From NCBI GenBank assembly GCA_963793305.1, contig CAWBZV010000003.1, positions 1,088,001 through 1,152,000 of the forward strand: a DNA stretch of 64,000 bases. Reading direction: 5' to 3'. Every line of letters begins with the position of its first letter. The stretch's first letter is position 1. This document shows, one piece after another, positions 39,358-49,492 of this stretch. Position numbers and translations under genes: made by a program. The notes below the pieces were generated by a model, which had not been told where the DNA came from, ran no database searches, and was given only the letters and a program-made list of their open reading frames with translations. Origin of the DNA: an uncultured Gemmatimonadales bacterium. GTDB taxonomy: Bacteria; Gemmatimonadota; Gemmatimonadetes; Gemmatimonadales; Gemmatimonadaceae.

Positions 39358-41913
39358 CCGGGGATCGATCGTCGTCGCCCGCCGGGCGGGGAAGTAGGCC
39401 GCCGCGGCCGCGACGAGCAGCATAAACAGAACGGCGCCCGCGAGCACGCGTAGATCGAGCGGGCTCGTGCCGAAGAGCAGCGACTCGATGAGCCGCGAGA
39501 GCGCGAGCGCGCCGCAGAGGCCGAAGGCGATGCCGAGCGAGGTGACGGCCACGCCGTGGCGGAGCACCATGCCGCGAATCGACCCGCGATCGGCGCCGAG
39601 TGCGATGCGGATGCCGATCTCTTTACGTCGAAGGGTGACGACGTAGGAGAGAATGCCGAAGAGCCCGACGGCGGCGAGCGTCAAGGCGACGGCCGCGAAC
39701 GTCAGCAAGATGCGCATCGTGAACACGCGCTGCGCCGTCCCGCGCCCGATGGCGTCCTCGAGCGCCATCGGCTGATCGACGACGAGTCGCGGATCGAGCG
39801 AGGCGAGTATGCGGCGGGCCTGCGGGAGGAAGTCGAGCGCCGGGCCATCGGTGAGCACGAGCTGCGTCAGCTCCCAGTTCCGGTCGCCCGCGAATTGGCG
39901 GTGTGGATGGTAGACGTAGGTATCAACTCGCCCCGTGGCATCGACGGAGACGTCGCCAACGACGCCAATGACGACGAGCATGGGTCCGCCGGTCGACAGG
40001 CGCTGTCCCAGCGGGTCGACGCCTGGGAAGAACTGTTGTGCGGCGCTCTGGCTGATTACGACGTGACGGAGGCTGGTCGAGTCGGTGAGTGGCAGCTCGC
40101 GGTCGTCGAACACGCGGCCGGCGACGAGGGGGATGCGCGCCGCGGCGAAGTAGTTGCCGGAGACGACGCGGTTCTGCGCCAGGAAATGGAAGTCGGTGTC
40201 GGCGCCCGCCATGGGGCCGCTGGCGACGCGCACGCCCCACTGGTTGAACGCGCCCGTGGCCGGCAGCTTGGAGATCCCACCGGCGGCCCGCACGCCAGGC
40301 GTCTCTTGGAATCGCCGCGCCAATGTTTCATAGAATCTGGCACGCGCGGTCGAGTCATACAGCGCGGCGGGCAGCTCCATGCGGAACGTGAGGACGTGGT
40401 CGCCGCGCACGCCGAGTGGCGTGTCGCGGAGCCGAGCCAGACTCGCGAGAAGGAGACCGGCGCCGACGAGCAACACGAACGCCAGCGCCACTTGCACGAC
40501 GACCAACCCCGCCCGCAGCCGCCCCTGTTGCGTCGTGGCGGTTGCCCTCGCGTGGGTTTCGTTGCCGATCCGCGCCGCGCGCAGCGCGGGCGCGAGGCCA
40601 AAGACGATCGCGCTCAGTGACGAGACGCCCAGGCAAAAGAGGAGCATGCGCGGATCGAGCGAGAGGTGCTCGAGCCGCGGGATGGACTGTGAGCCCAAGC
40701 TGACGAGCCCACGCATGACGAGCCACGCCACGCCGAGGCCCAGGACGCCACCCGCAAGGGCGAGCGCCAGGCTCTCGGTCAAGAGTTGTCGCACGATGCG
40801 CCCGCGCCGGGCGCCGAGCGCGGTACGCAATGCCAACTCGGGAGTGCGCTCTGATGCCCGCACGAGGAGCAAATTCGCGACGTTGACGCACACGAGCAGC
40901 AACACGAGTCCCACGGCGCCGAACACGAGCTCGATCTCCGACCCGGCGGACCCAACGACATCGGTCTTGAGCGGTTGGAGGAGCGCCTTGATCCGCATCG
41001 TCCGCGGATCCTGTGCGGCGAACGACCGGTCCAACCCGTCGATCTCCGCCTGCGCTCGCGCCAGCGACGTCCCTGGCGTGAGCCGCGCGATCATACTGAT
41101 CCAGTGGTTGTTGGGGTTGTCGCCGCCCTGCTTCAAGTCGAGCGGTACCCACGCGTCCACATCGCCGACGACGGGATCGCGCAGTCCTTCGGGTGCCACG
41201 CCGATAACCGTATGCGGGACGCCGTCCAGCGTGAGCACGCGACCGAGGACTTTGGGGTCGCTGTTGAGCCGGCGTTGCCAGAAGCGGTGGCTCAAGACGA
41301 CGAGATGCGCCCCGTTCTCCTCGCTGACCTCGAATGGTCGTCCGAGTGGCGGCGCCGCGCGCAGCGTCGCGAAGTACTGCGCCGTAATGGGCAGCGTGCG
41401 AATGCGCTCGGCGCCCGTGCCGAGGTCGATGTCCGCGCCGGTGACGTTGTAATTCATGAACGCGGCCGCCGACTGGAACGACGTCATATGGTCGCGATAG
41501 CCCTTGAAGTGGAACGTGCTCAGAAACGTTCGCTCGCCGGGCTTGTAGTACGAGTAAACCCGAACGAGCTGCTCGGGCTCGGCGTACGGCAACGGCTTGA
41601 GCAGCACGGCGTCGACGACGCTGAACACGGCGGTCGTGCCACCGATCCCTAAGGCGAGCGTCGCGATGGCGAGCAACGCAAACCGTGGTCGCTTAATGAT
41701 GGTCCGCACGGACCAACTGAGATCCGCGATCGTCTCTTCGAGCCAGCGCGTGCCGCGCGCATCGCGGACGTCTTCTTTGTAGCGCTCGATATCCCCGAAC
41801 GACTTGCGCCCCGCCATCTCCATGTGAAAGCGCATCTCCTCGGCCATCTCGCGCTCTTCCTGGCCGCGAAACACGAGAGCGTGGAAGCGCTCGCGGAGAT
41901 CCGACCACCACAT
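39337..41913 (-). CDS. Duplicated MacB/FtsX (ADOP-type) ABC permease
   Basis: EEMRFH, LALGIGGTTAVFSVV, CVNVANLLL, EIGIRIALGA, PARRATTIDP. Confidence 0.93.
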   Translation of the reverse strand: MWWSDLRERFHALVFRGQEEREMAEEMRFHMEMAGRKSFGDIERYKEDVRDARGTRWLEETIADLSWSVRTIIKRPRFALLAIATLALGIGGTTAVFSVVDAVLLKPLPYAEPEQLVRVYSYYKPGERTFLSTFHFKGYRDHMTSFQSAAAFMNYNVTGADIDLGTGAERIRTLPITAQYFATLRAAPPLGRPFEVSEENGAHLVVLSHRFWQRRLNSDPKVLGRVLTLDGVPHTVIGVAPEGLRDPVVGDVDAWVPLDLKQGGDNPNNHWISMIARLTPGTSLARAQAEIDGLDRSFAAQDPRTMRIKALLQPLKTDVVGSAGSEIELVFGAVGLVLLLVCVNVANLLLVRASERTPELALRTALGARRGRIVRQLLTESLALALAGGVLGLGVAWLVMRGLVSLGSQSIPRLEHLSLDPRMLLFCLGVSSLSAIVFGLAPALRAARIGNETHARATATTQQGRLRAGLVVVQVALAFVLLVGAGLLLASLARLRDTPLGVRGDHVLTFRMELPAALYDSTARARFYETLARRFQETPGVRAAGGISKLPATGAFNQWGVRVASGPMAGADTDFHFLAQNRVVSGNYFAAARIPLVAGRVFDDRELPLTDSTSLRHVVISQSAAQQFFPGVDPLGQRLSTGGPMLVVIGVVGDVSVDATGRVDTYVYHPHRQFAGDRNWELTQLVLTDGPALDFLPQARRILASLDPRLVVDQPMALEDAIGRGTAQRVFTMRILLTFAAVALTLAAVGLFGILSYVVTLRRKEIGIRIALGADRGSIRGMVLRHGVAVTSLGIAFGLCGALALSRLIESLLFGTSPLDLRVLAGAVLFMLLVAAAAAYFPARRATTIDPRLALQTN

Positions 41914-41915
41914 GC

Positions 41916-42224
41916 TCACGCGAGCACCCAGTTCACGGCGGTCGATGCGCGCTCCCACTCGGCGCGCTCGGCCTCTAGCTGCTCGAGACCGACGGGCGTG
42001 ATCTCATAGTACCGCGCCCGCCGGTTGTTCTCACTGGCCCGCCATGCCGACTTGATCCAGCCCCGCCGCTTCATGCGCACGAGCGCGGGGTACAGCGAGC
42101 CTTGTTGGACCAGGAACACCCCGCGCGACATCTGCTGCACGCGCTGCGCAATGCCCCACCCGTGCATGGGCGATTCCCGCAGCGTGCGCAGGACGAGCAT
42201 CTCGAGTGTGCCTTGGAGTATCAT
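41916..42224 (-). CDS. PadR-family regulator (Acidobacteria type)
   Basis: LQGTLEMLVL, MHGWGI, GSLYPAL, SENNRRARYY. Confidence 0.93.
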   Translation of the reverse strand: MILQGTLEMLVLRTLRESPMHGWGIAQRVQQMSRGVFLVQQGSLYPALVRMKRRGWIKSAWRASENNRRARYYEITPVGLEQLEAERAEWERASTAVNWVLA

Positions 42225-42227
42225 GCT

Positions 42228-42261
42228 CCTGTAGATTGTCTACAGGTAAGCGAAGTGTCAA
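42228..42261 (-). promoter_or_regulatory. PadR promoter-operator
   Basis: Perfect dyad CCTGTAGA-TTG-TCTACAGG (42228-42246); TTGACA at 42261-42256. Confidence 0.75.
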
Positions 42262-43766
42262 GGCACTCGGGTGTAGCGCGTGATCACCTCTCGCACGGCA
42301 TCGGTCGCCGTAAACTCCTCCATTTTCGGCGGCGCCTCCGCTCCCGCCTCGAGTAGCGCCTGGACGGCGCCCGCAAAGTCCCCGGTGTCGCGATGCCAGC
42401 CGTTCTCCGACCCATAACAGGCCCACCCCAGCGGCGTCATCGCGTACACCCCCTCGAACAGATCCACCGTGGGATGATACCGCAGGATCTCCCGTACCAT
42501 CGCCGCATTGCCGTGGAATCCGGCCCAATGGAGCGCGGCCCCTCCATGCGTGCCGACGAAGTCGACCGGCCAGCCCGCGCCGAGCATCAGCCGCACGGCG
42601 TCGAGATTATTGTTCTCGGCCGCGTCGGCGAGCTTGCGATTGTCGGCGTCCGATAGCGTCGCCACCAGATTGGGCTTCTGTTTCAGCAGGTCACGAAACG
42701 CTGCCTCATCCCCGACCTCGGCGGCAATCGCGAACCGCAGGTCGCTCGGGCTTCGGTCCATGAGCAGCTGATAGACATCCGGATGCCCGAAGGACTTCGC
42801 GATGCTGTGCGCCGTCCGGTGGTGCCCGAGGACCCATATATAGATGGTCCCGCCGGCCTCCGGGTTCTTCTTCGGGAACCAGTGCTCGTCCACGCGCGTC
42901 CTGATCGACTCGGGATCAGCGTCGAGGTGTTTCTTCACGAGCGCGATATCGCCGAGCGCCGAGGCCATCAGAATATCCGTTCGACACCCGCGGGCGACGA
43001 GCGCGCGCGCAACGTCGGTGCGCTCCTTCGCAAAGTGACGCGTCTGCGTGACGCGCAGCATGTACTGCGCCGGCGTCGACTCGTGGTCGATATCCAATGC
43101 GTCGATATCGGCGCCGTGTTCGAGTAGCAACTGGGCGATCTCCATCGTCGACGCCATGTGCAACGGTGTCTGTCCGTCGGGCCCGTGGAAATGAACGACC
43201 GATGGACGCGTGGCGATCATCGCCCGGAGCTCGTCGATCATGCCAAGCCGCGCCGCGGCCGGCGCTTCGGCAATCGCGCCGCGCTCGATGAGATACGGCG
43301 CGAATTCGGCGCTCGTCTGATCGAGCACATGGAACCCACCGGCCCACCAGTGGCTCTTCTGGTTGATATCGGCGCCGAATTCCAAGAGCACGTCGACCAT
43401 CGGTCCATTGGTTCGCATGACGACTTCGAGGAGCGCCGTTTGGCCGAACGAGCTCCCGGCGAAGGGTTCGTTGATCCCCGCTCTGAGCGCTGGCGAGGAA
43501 GCGAGGATCCGTCGCATGGCCGCCGGGTCGTGTCTAATGATTGCGTCCATGAGGGCACGCGCCGGATCGGCCGCCATCACGAGGGTCTCGACGTGATTCT
43601 TGAGATCCGCCCACGTCGAGAACCCATACTCACGGGCGGTTTCGTGTTGCGCGTCGGATAGTTGCCGGCGCGTGCCGGGGTCCTGCTGTCGCCATTCGCG
43701 CAGCAGGGCTTTGGCTTGCTTACGGAGATGTTCGAGGTTCGGCTGGGCCGGTAGTTCGCGGGACAT
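42258..43766 (-). CDS. Ankyrin-repeat protein with N-terminal LPAQPNLEHLRKQAK domain
   Basis: GQTPLH...LLLEHGADID, GAALHW, TPLGWA repeats. Confidence 0.9.
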   Translation of the reverse strand: MSRELPAQPNLEHLRKQAKALLREWRQQDPGTRRQLSDAQHETAREYGFSTWADLKNHVETLVMAADPARALMDAIIRHDPAAMRRILASSPALRAGINEPFAGSSFGQTALLEVVMRTNGPMVDVLLEFGADINQKSHWWAGGFHVLDQTSAEFAPYLIERGAIAEAPAAARLGMIDELRAMIATRPSVVHFHGPDGQTPLHMASTMEIAQLLLEHGADIDALDIDHESTPAQYMLRVTQTRHFAKERTDVARALVARGCRTDILMASALGDIALVKKHLDADPESIRTRVDEHWFPKKNPEAGGTIYIWVLGHHRTAHSIAKSFGHPDVYQLLMDRSPSDLRFAIAAEVGDEAAFRDLLKQKPNLVATLSDADNRKLADAAENNNLDAVRLMLGAGWPVDFVGTHGGAALHWAGFHGNAAMVREILRYHPTVDLFEGVYAMTPLGWACYGSENGWHRDTGDFAGAVQALLEAGAEAPPKMEEFTATDAVREVITRYTRVP

Positions 43767-43890
43767 AGCTCCTCCTTCCGTGACGCCCGGTGTCCGCTAT
43801 TTCGGGCAGAAGAGAGGATGCATTGGGCAATCGATATGGCTCAGGTGGGATAATCCCTTTCCGCGGACGGGGTGCGACCTGGATCGCAAC
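43767..43890 (-). ncRNA. Candidate structured cis-regulatory leader RNA
   Basis: Several complementary segments, including an anti-SD/SD pair and GUCCGC/GCGGAC; extended -10 TGnTATAGT at 43902-43894. Confidence 0.55.
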
Positions 43891-43924
43891 TGTACTATAA
43901 CACATTTCGTCTCTAAGTTGGCTA

Positions 43925-45541
43925 ATGGCTTATCGCGTGCTGCTCACCGACAACATCGACCCTGATGGCGTGGCCGTACTGACGGCCGAGCCCGAGCTCT
44001 CGGTCGACACCGTTCCGACGCTCTCACGCGAGGATCTGATCGCGCGCATCGGGGTGTACGATGCGTTGGTCGCGCGGAGTGCGACGCGAGTGTCCCGGGA
44101 GGTGCTGCGCGCGGGGTCACGGCTCGCGGTCGTGGGCCGTGCAGGCGCGGGGGTCGACAACATCGCGGTCGACGCGGCGACCGAGATGGGCATTGCGGTC
44201 ATCAATGCTCCAGCCGGCAACACGGTCGCCGTGGCCGAGCTGTTCTTCGGGTCCGTATTGAGCCTGTTGCGCCACATCCCACAGGCCGACCGCTCGATCC
44301 GCGAGGGCCGCTGGGAGAAAACCCGATTCTTGGGACGCGAGTTGCGGGGGCGCACGCTCGGTATCATTGGCCTGGGTCGCATCGGCGGCGAGATCGCGAC
44401 GCGCGCGCACGCATTCGGCATGACGGTGGTCGCCTACGACCCGTACGTGGGCGACGCGCGATTCCATGCGCTACGCGTTCGTCGCGCGACGGTGCTCGAC
44501 GACATGCTGGCCGAGTCGTCGGTCCTCTCCGTGCACACGCCGCTGGTCGAGAATGAAGGGCTCCTCGGCGAGCGTGAGCTATCGCGCTTGCCGGTGGGCG
44601 CGATCGTCGCGAACCTCGCGCGTGGCGGCATTATTGACGAGAGCGCGCTGGCCGCGGCGCTCGTCGGCGATCATCTGGCCGGGGCGGTCCTCGACGTGTT
44701 CGGAACGGAGCCGCTGCCGGCCGATCATCCGCTGCGCGCGGCGCCGAACGTCGTGCTCACGCCGCACATCGGTGCGTCGACCATCGAAGCGCAGCGCTCC
44801 GTTGCCGTCGACGTGTGCCGTGCGGTGCGCGATGCATTGTTGCACGGTGAGCTCTCGCGTTCGATCAACGCCGCGCTGGTCGAGGGTGTCAACGCCGCCG
44901 ACGTCCGCCCGGCGCTCCTGCTCACTCGCCAACTCGCCGCCGTCGCACAGGCACTGCTCGCGAGCCGTGAGGCGCGCGCGATCGACCGTGTCGAGGTGAC
45001 GCCGGGCGAGTCGCTGGCGGGTGCTCGCGACGCATTGCTCGCCGCGGCCGCGCACGGTGTGCTCGCTCCGGTGCTCTCGCACGAGCGGCTGAACCTGATC
45101 AACGCCCGCGCCCTCGCTGTCGCTCGCGGCATCGCGCTCTCGGCCACCGAACGCGTGCCGGCCGAAAACGGCGCGGCGGCGTATTCGCTCAGCGTCCGCG
45201 TCTCGAGTGGCGCCGAGGAGATCACGGTCACTGGCTCGGCGCATCCCGCGGCCGCACCGCGGATCACGCGCATCGGTGCGTTCCGCGTCGACGTGTATCC
45301 TCGCGGCACGCTCCTCATTTTGTCCAACCGCGACGTGCCCGGCGTCATCGGTCACGTCGGTACGGTGCTCGGCGCGGCCCACGCGAACATCGCCGAGTAT
45401 CACCAGGCGCGCTTGGCCCAAGGCGGCGCGGCGCTGGCGGCGATCACCGTCGACGGTCCGGTGGGCGACGAGGTCCGCTCGGCGTTGCTCGCGTTGCCCG
45501 AGGTTCACGCGGTCACCGTCGTCGAGCTGCCGGCCGAGTAG
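43925..45541 (+). CDS. serA: D-3-phosphoglycerate dehydrogenase
   Basis: GRAGAGVDNI, GLGRIG, TPHIGAST, C-terminal ACT domain (NRDVPGVIG). Confidence 0.95.
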   Translation: MAYRVLLTDNIDPDGVAVLTAEPELSVDTVPTLSREDLIARIGVYDALVARSATRVSREVLRAGSRLAVVGRAGAGVDNIAVDAATEMGIAVINAPAGNTVAVAELFFGSVLSLLRHIPQADRSIREGRWEKTRFLGRELRGRTLGIIGLGRIGGEIATRAHAFGMTVVAYDPYVGDARFHALRVRRATVLDDMLAESSVLSVHTPLVENEGLLGERELSRLPVGAIVANLARGGIIDESALAAALVGDHLAGAVLDVFGTEPLPADHPLRAAPNVVLTPHIGASTIEAQRSVAVDVCRAVRDALLHGELSRSINAALVEGVNAADVRPALLLTRQLAAVAQALLASREARAIDRVEVTPGESLAGARDALLAAAAHGVLAPVLSHERLNLINARALAVARGIALSATERVPAENGAAAYSLSVRVSSGAEEITVTGSAHPAAAPRITRIGAFRVDVYPRGTLLILSNRDVPGVIGHVGTVLGAAHANIAEYHQARLAQGGAALAAITVDGPVGDEVRSALLALPEVHAVTVVELPAE

Positions 45542-46179
45542 TGCCGTTCGCGTCGGTCATTCTCGACGTCGATTCGACGCTGACGAGTGTGGAAGGGATT
45601 GCCTGGCTGGGGGCCCGTCGGGGTGCGGCCGTCATGGCGGCAGTCGACGCGATGACGGCTGATGCGATGACGGGTGCCTTACCACTAGATGCCGTGTACG
45701 CGAAACGCCTATCGCTCGTCCGCCCATCGCGTACCGATCTCGCCGCCCTCGCCGAGGCCTACGCGGCGGGTCTCATGCCTGGCGCTCGTGACGCGATTGG
45801 CACGCTCCGCGAAGCGGGCGTGCACTTATCGCTCGTCAGCGGCGGTCTCCGCGAAGCCATCTTGCCCTTCGCGGCCGGTTTGGGGTTCACCACCAAGGAT
45901 GTCCACGCGGTGGAGCTCCAATTCACGCCGGATGGCGCCTACGCCGGATTCGACGCCGCCACTCCGCTCGCCTGTGCCGGCGGCAAGCCCCGCGTCGCGC
46001 GCACCCTCGGCCTGCGCGGCCCGGTGCTCGCGGTTGGCGATGGCAGCACCGACGCCGAGCTCAAACCGTGCGTCGACGCTTTCGCCGCATTCACGGGCGT
46101 CGCGCGCCGGGAATCTGTCGTCGCCGTCGCCGATTACGTCATCACTCAATTCGCCGAGCTGCCTGCTCTCGTCCTATGA
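45541..46179 (+). CDS. serB: Phosphoserine phosphatase (HAD family)
   Basis: DVDST, VSGG, GDGSTD; coupled to serA. Confidence 0.85.
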   Translation: MPFASVILDVDSTLTSVEGIAWLGARRGAAVMAAVDAMTADAMTGALPLDAVYAKRLSLVRPSRTDLAALAEAYAAGLMPGARDAIGTLREAGVHLSLVSGGLREAILPFAAGLGFTTKDVHAVELQFTPDGAYAGFDAATPLACAGGKPRVARTLGLRGPVLAVGDGSTDAELKPCVDAFAAFTGVARRESVVAVADYVITQFAELPALVL

Positions 46180-47249
46180 CTTTCGGCACCTTCTTCGTCC
46201 CCGGTCCCACCGAAGTCCGCCCCGAGATCCTCCAGGCGATGACCCAGCCGATGATCTCCCACCGCGGCTCGGCGTTTCGCTCACTATTCGAGCGCTGTCA
46301 GACTGGCCTCCGCACTGTCTTCTGCACCAACCGCCCAGTCTTCATCGCGACGTGCTCGGCCACGGGCCTGATGGAAGCCGCGATCCGCAACGCGCCTCCC
46401 GGCAGCGTGCTCGCCTGCGTCAACGGCGCCTTCTCCGATCGCTTCTCGCTGATCGCCGAGAAGTGCGGCCGCGTATCGGAACGCTACGAAGTCCCGTGGG
46501 GTGAGGTCCACGACTCGGCCACAGTCGCCGCCCGCGTATCCGCCGGCCACCACACTGTCGTTGCCGTCGTCCACTCCGAGACATCCACAGGCGCCCTCAA
46601 CGACGTGCGCGCAATCTCCGACGCCGCCCACCGCGCGGGCGCTGTCTGCGTGATCGACAGCGTCAGCGGCATCCGCGGCGCCGAGCTGCGGTTCGACGAC
46701 TGGGGCCTCGACTTCGTCTTCACGGGCTCCCAAAAGGCACTCGCGCTCCCTCCGGGCCTCGCCTTCGGCGTCGCCACCGAGCGCTTCCTCTCCTCCGGCG
46801 ACCGCTCCGCGCGTGGCGCGTACTTCGACCTCGCCGAGTTCGCGTCGGGAGCAGCGAAGGGCGAAGCTCCCAATACGCCCGCGATCTCTCTTTACTACGC
46901 CCTCGCGGCGCAACTCGAGTGCATCCTGGAAGAAGGCATCGAGAACGCGTGGAAACGCCACGCCGCGATGGCGGCGATGACATACGCGTGGGCCGAGGAT
47001 CTCACGCGCGACGGGATTGCGGTGAGCCCGTTCGCGAAGGCCGGCCATCGCTCGCCGACGGTGACCGCGATCTCATTGCCGAAGGGCATCACCGGCGAAG
47101 CCGTCGTGAAGGCCGTGTCTGCGGCCGGCATCACACTCGGCGCGGGATACGGGAAGCTCAAAGACACGACGATCCGGATCGGCCACATGGGCGACCATAC
47201 ACCGGAGACCGTCGAGCGCTGTCTCGAGAAGCTGGCCGGCGCGTTGTAA
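46176..47249 (+). CDS. Class V PLP aminotransferase, probable phosphoserine aminotransferase role
   Basis: PGPT, HSETSTG, GSQKALALPPG, RIGHMG; third gene of the ser operon. Confidence 0.88.
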   Translation: MTFGTFFVPGPTEVRPEILQAMTQPMISHRGSAFRSLFERCQTGLRTVFCTNRPVFIATCSATGLMEAAIRNAPPGSVLACVNGAFSDRFSLIAEKCGRVSERYEVPWGEVHDSATVAARVSAGHHTVVAVVHSETSTGALNDVRAISDAAHRAGAVCVIDSVSGIRGAELRFDDWGLDFVFTGSQKALALPPGLAFGVATERFLSSGDRSARGAYFDLAEFASGAAKGEAPNTPAISLYYALAAQLECILEEGIENAWKRHAAMAAMTYAWAEDLTRDGIAVSPFAKAGHRSPTVTAISLPKGITGEAVVKAVSAAGITLGAGYGKLKDTTIRIGHMGDHTPETVERCLEKLAGAL

Positions 47250-47312
47250 ACGCGGCTACATGGGGCATTCAGCCCATGGCGGTGATGGACTCGACACCGC
47301 ATCCTGCACGCC

Positions 47313-49148
47313 ATGTCACGGTTTGCTATCGCGCTGGTACTGACGCTGTTGGGCGCCGGCGGGCTCGCGGCTCAGACGTGTTCGGAACGCCAGACCAAGC
47401 GATCGGACTCGCTGCCGATGCTGAACCGGCCAACCGTATTTATCAGCTCGGATAGCGGCAAAGTCAGCGGTAGTTTGCCGTTCGACGAGCGATTCAACCT
47501 TTCGGGACCTGCGGATTCGTCCCTCGTCGCGGTCGCAGTGCGGTTGATCCGATTGACGCCGGACATCCCCAACGTCGAGGCAGACCCTTGCCGCGACAGT
47601 CTCTTCAACGACCCTCGAGCGACCCGTTGGAATCGCACGGATAAACGGGTCAAAGTTTTCACGGTACTGGTCCGCCCGATCGTGCCAAGCTCGCCGTATG
47701 TGATCCGCGTCGCGACGTTGACGCGTTTGCCGGATTCCGTTATTCGCTCCGCAGCGAGCGCCATAGCCGACAGTATCCGGACGGCGCAGGACTCTGTTGA
47801 GGCGCGAACGGTTCGTGTGGTGGCCAACCTCGTGCCGGCTGACACCCTCTATTCGACCGCCGAACGAGCGGCCTTTGGAGTGGACAGCGGCGTATCCTCG
47901 CGACACTCGACGCCTCACAAGTACGTGGTCACTCAAGCACTATTGCGCGTCGCGAGTTTCCAGTCGGTGCGCACAGATCGGCACAATGACTCGGTGACTC
48001 GCCATGCCGACACGGTAACCAGCCACGGTGACTCGGCTCGGCGCGTTGACTCGGCCCGGCGCCAAACTGATTACCGGACGTTCCAACAGCAGTACCAACA
48101 AGCCCGGCGTGCCCGGGCCGGGGCCATTGAGCAATTGGACGCGGACACTGGTTGGATCCGTATTCGCCTCGATGCGCTGACGCGCCAGATCACACCGTTC
48201 TCATTTCTGTTGTTGCCGAACGATTTTGACGGTGGTCACTATCGGTCCGCAATCATCTTCACGCAAGCACTCCCCGCGCGATTGACTCGAGAGAAGCAGC
48301 GCATCATCGATGGCCAGACGCTCGTGGAGAACGCGGACGACACCGTCGAGTCGCTTGGCCATGCCGCGATTCTGCATAGTGCGGCCATCACGCCGATCCA
48401 GGGCCGGCTGGCGATGCTCGATGCCGATGTTCGTGACCAATACGAGTTGTTCACGATCGCGAGGCGTGATCCGCTGGTCCGAGAGCGGTTGCGTGGGGAT
48501 ACCGCACGGCTCGACTCAGCGATGACGATCGACACATCGCTCATTCGACTCGTGTCCCAAGAACGCGAGACCTACGGCGCGCTGGCCAAATCCCTCGACG
48601 CGCTCGACTCGGCGGCCCTGCAGTACGCTCGCACGGTCGTGCCGCGACTCAAGCCAGATTCGCTGGCGTTCTTCGCCACGACGGATCACCAGTTCGATGA
48701 TCGAGCGTCGCTCTACATCAGCGCTGACATTGGCGTGCTCGTCGCCACCCCCATCTTCCAGCGCTTCTCGGGCACGGTCGTCACGCCGTACGTCGGGGTG
48801 AATATTTACCCGTTGGCGGTGAACAAGAAGGCGCCGTTGAGCGATTGCGAGCAGATGCCGCAGTGCCGGTTCAAGCGCTTCTCGGCCACGATCGGAGTCA
48901 CGACCAGTAGCATCGGTCGGACCGGTGTTCGCACGGATCTCTTTGGCCAACACAGTCTGTATGTCGGCGTCGGCTACCGCTGGAACAGTTACTTGCGGGC
49001 CACCGCCGGCTCGCTGATGTATCAGACCTATTCGACCGACGGTGCGCATACGCTCCGCTTCAACATGACACCGGCGCTCTCGCTGTCGTTCGATTGGGAT
49101 GTTAAGAGCACATTGGGCGGCATAGCTTCACTCCTGGGCGGTGGTTGA
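47313..49148 (+). CDS. Secreted hypothetical protein with helical middle and C-terminal amphipathic beta-strands
   Basis: Signal peptide; alternating-residue strands at the C-terminus. Confidence 0.7.
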   Translation: MSRFAIALVLTLLGAGGLAAQTCSERQTKRSDSLPMLNRPTVFISSDSGKVSGSLPFDERFNLSGPADSSLVAVAVRLIRLTPDIPNVEADPCRDSLFNDPRATRWNRTDKRVKVFTVLVRPIVPSSPYVIRVATLTRLPDSVIRSAASAIADSIRTAQDSVEARTVRVVANLVPADTLYSTAERAAFGVDSGVSSRHSTPHKYVVTQALLRVASFQSVRTDRHNDSVTRHADTVTSHGDSARRVDSARRQTDYRTFQQQYQQARRARAGAIEQLDADTGWIRIRLDALTRQITPFSFLLLPNDFDGGHYRSAIIFTQALPARLTREKQRIIDGQTLVENADDTVESLGHAAILHSAAITPIQGRLAMLDADVRDQYELFTIARRDPLVRERLRGDTARLDSAMTIDTSLIRLVSQERETYGALAKSLDALDSAALQYARTVVPRLKPDSLAFFATTDHQFDDRASLYISADIGVLVATPIFQRFSGTVVTPYVGVNIYPLAVNKKAPLSDCEQMPQCRFKRFSATIGVTTSSIGRTGVRTDLFGQHSLYVGVGYRWNSYLRATAGSLMYQTYSTDGAHTLRFNMTPALSLSFDWDVKSTLGGIASLLGGG

Positions 49149-49492
49149 TGTCGGCGGCCATGAACAACATCACCTTGCTCGACACGCAGCCAGTCCCCGC
49201 GATCCCCATTCCGGGCCCCGTGACGCTCTCGTTCACCGCTACCGCGTGGACGCCGACGCAACGCGTCAACGTGTCATACTCGATCATGCAGACCGCGAAC
49301 GTCACGCTTGCTGACAGCACAGGCCTGGATAGCGTCGCGATTCCGGATCGCGCGACTCCCGTCACACTCCAGACCCGATTCCGGCTCAAGCAGGGGACGA
49401 CCGCGCCGCAAAGCTTTGAAGTCCATGCCGAGGTGTTCGACAACAAGGTGCGGCAGTTCGAGGTCGTCTGGATCATCGGGGTGAAACCGTGA
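49145..49492 (+). CDS. Small beta-rich hypothetical protein
   Basis: Overlaps both neighbouring genes by about 4 nt. Confidence 0.6.
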   Translation: MMSAAMNNITLLDTQPVPAIPIPGPVTLSFTATAWTPTQRVNVSYSIMQTANVTLADSTGLDSVAIPDRATPVTLQTRFRLKQGTTAPQSFEVHAEVFDNKVRQFEVVWIIGVKP

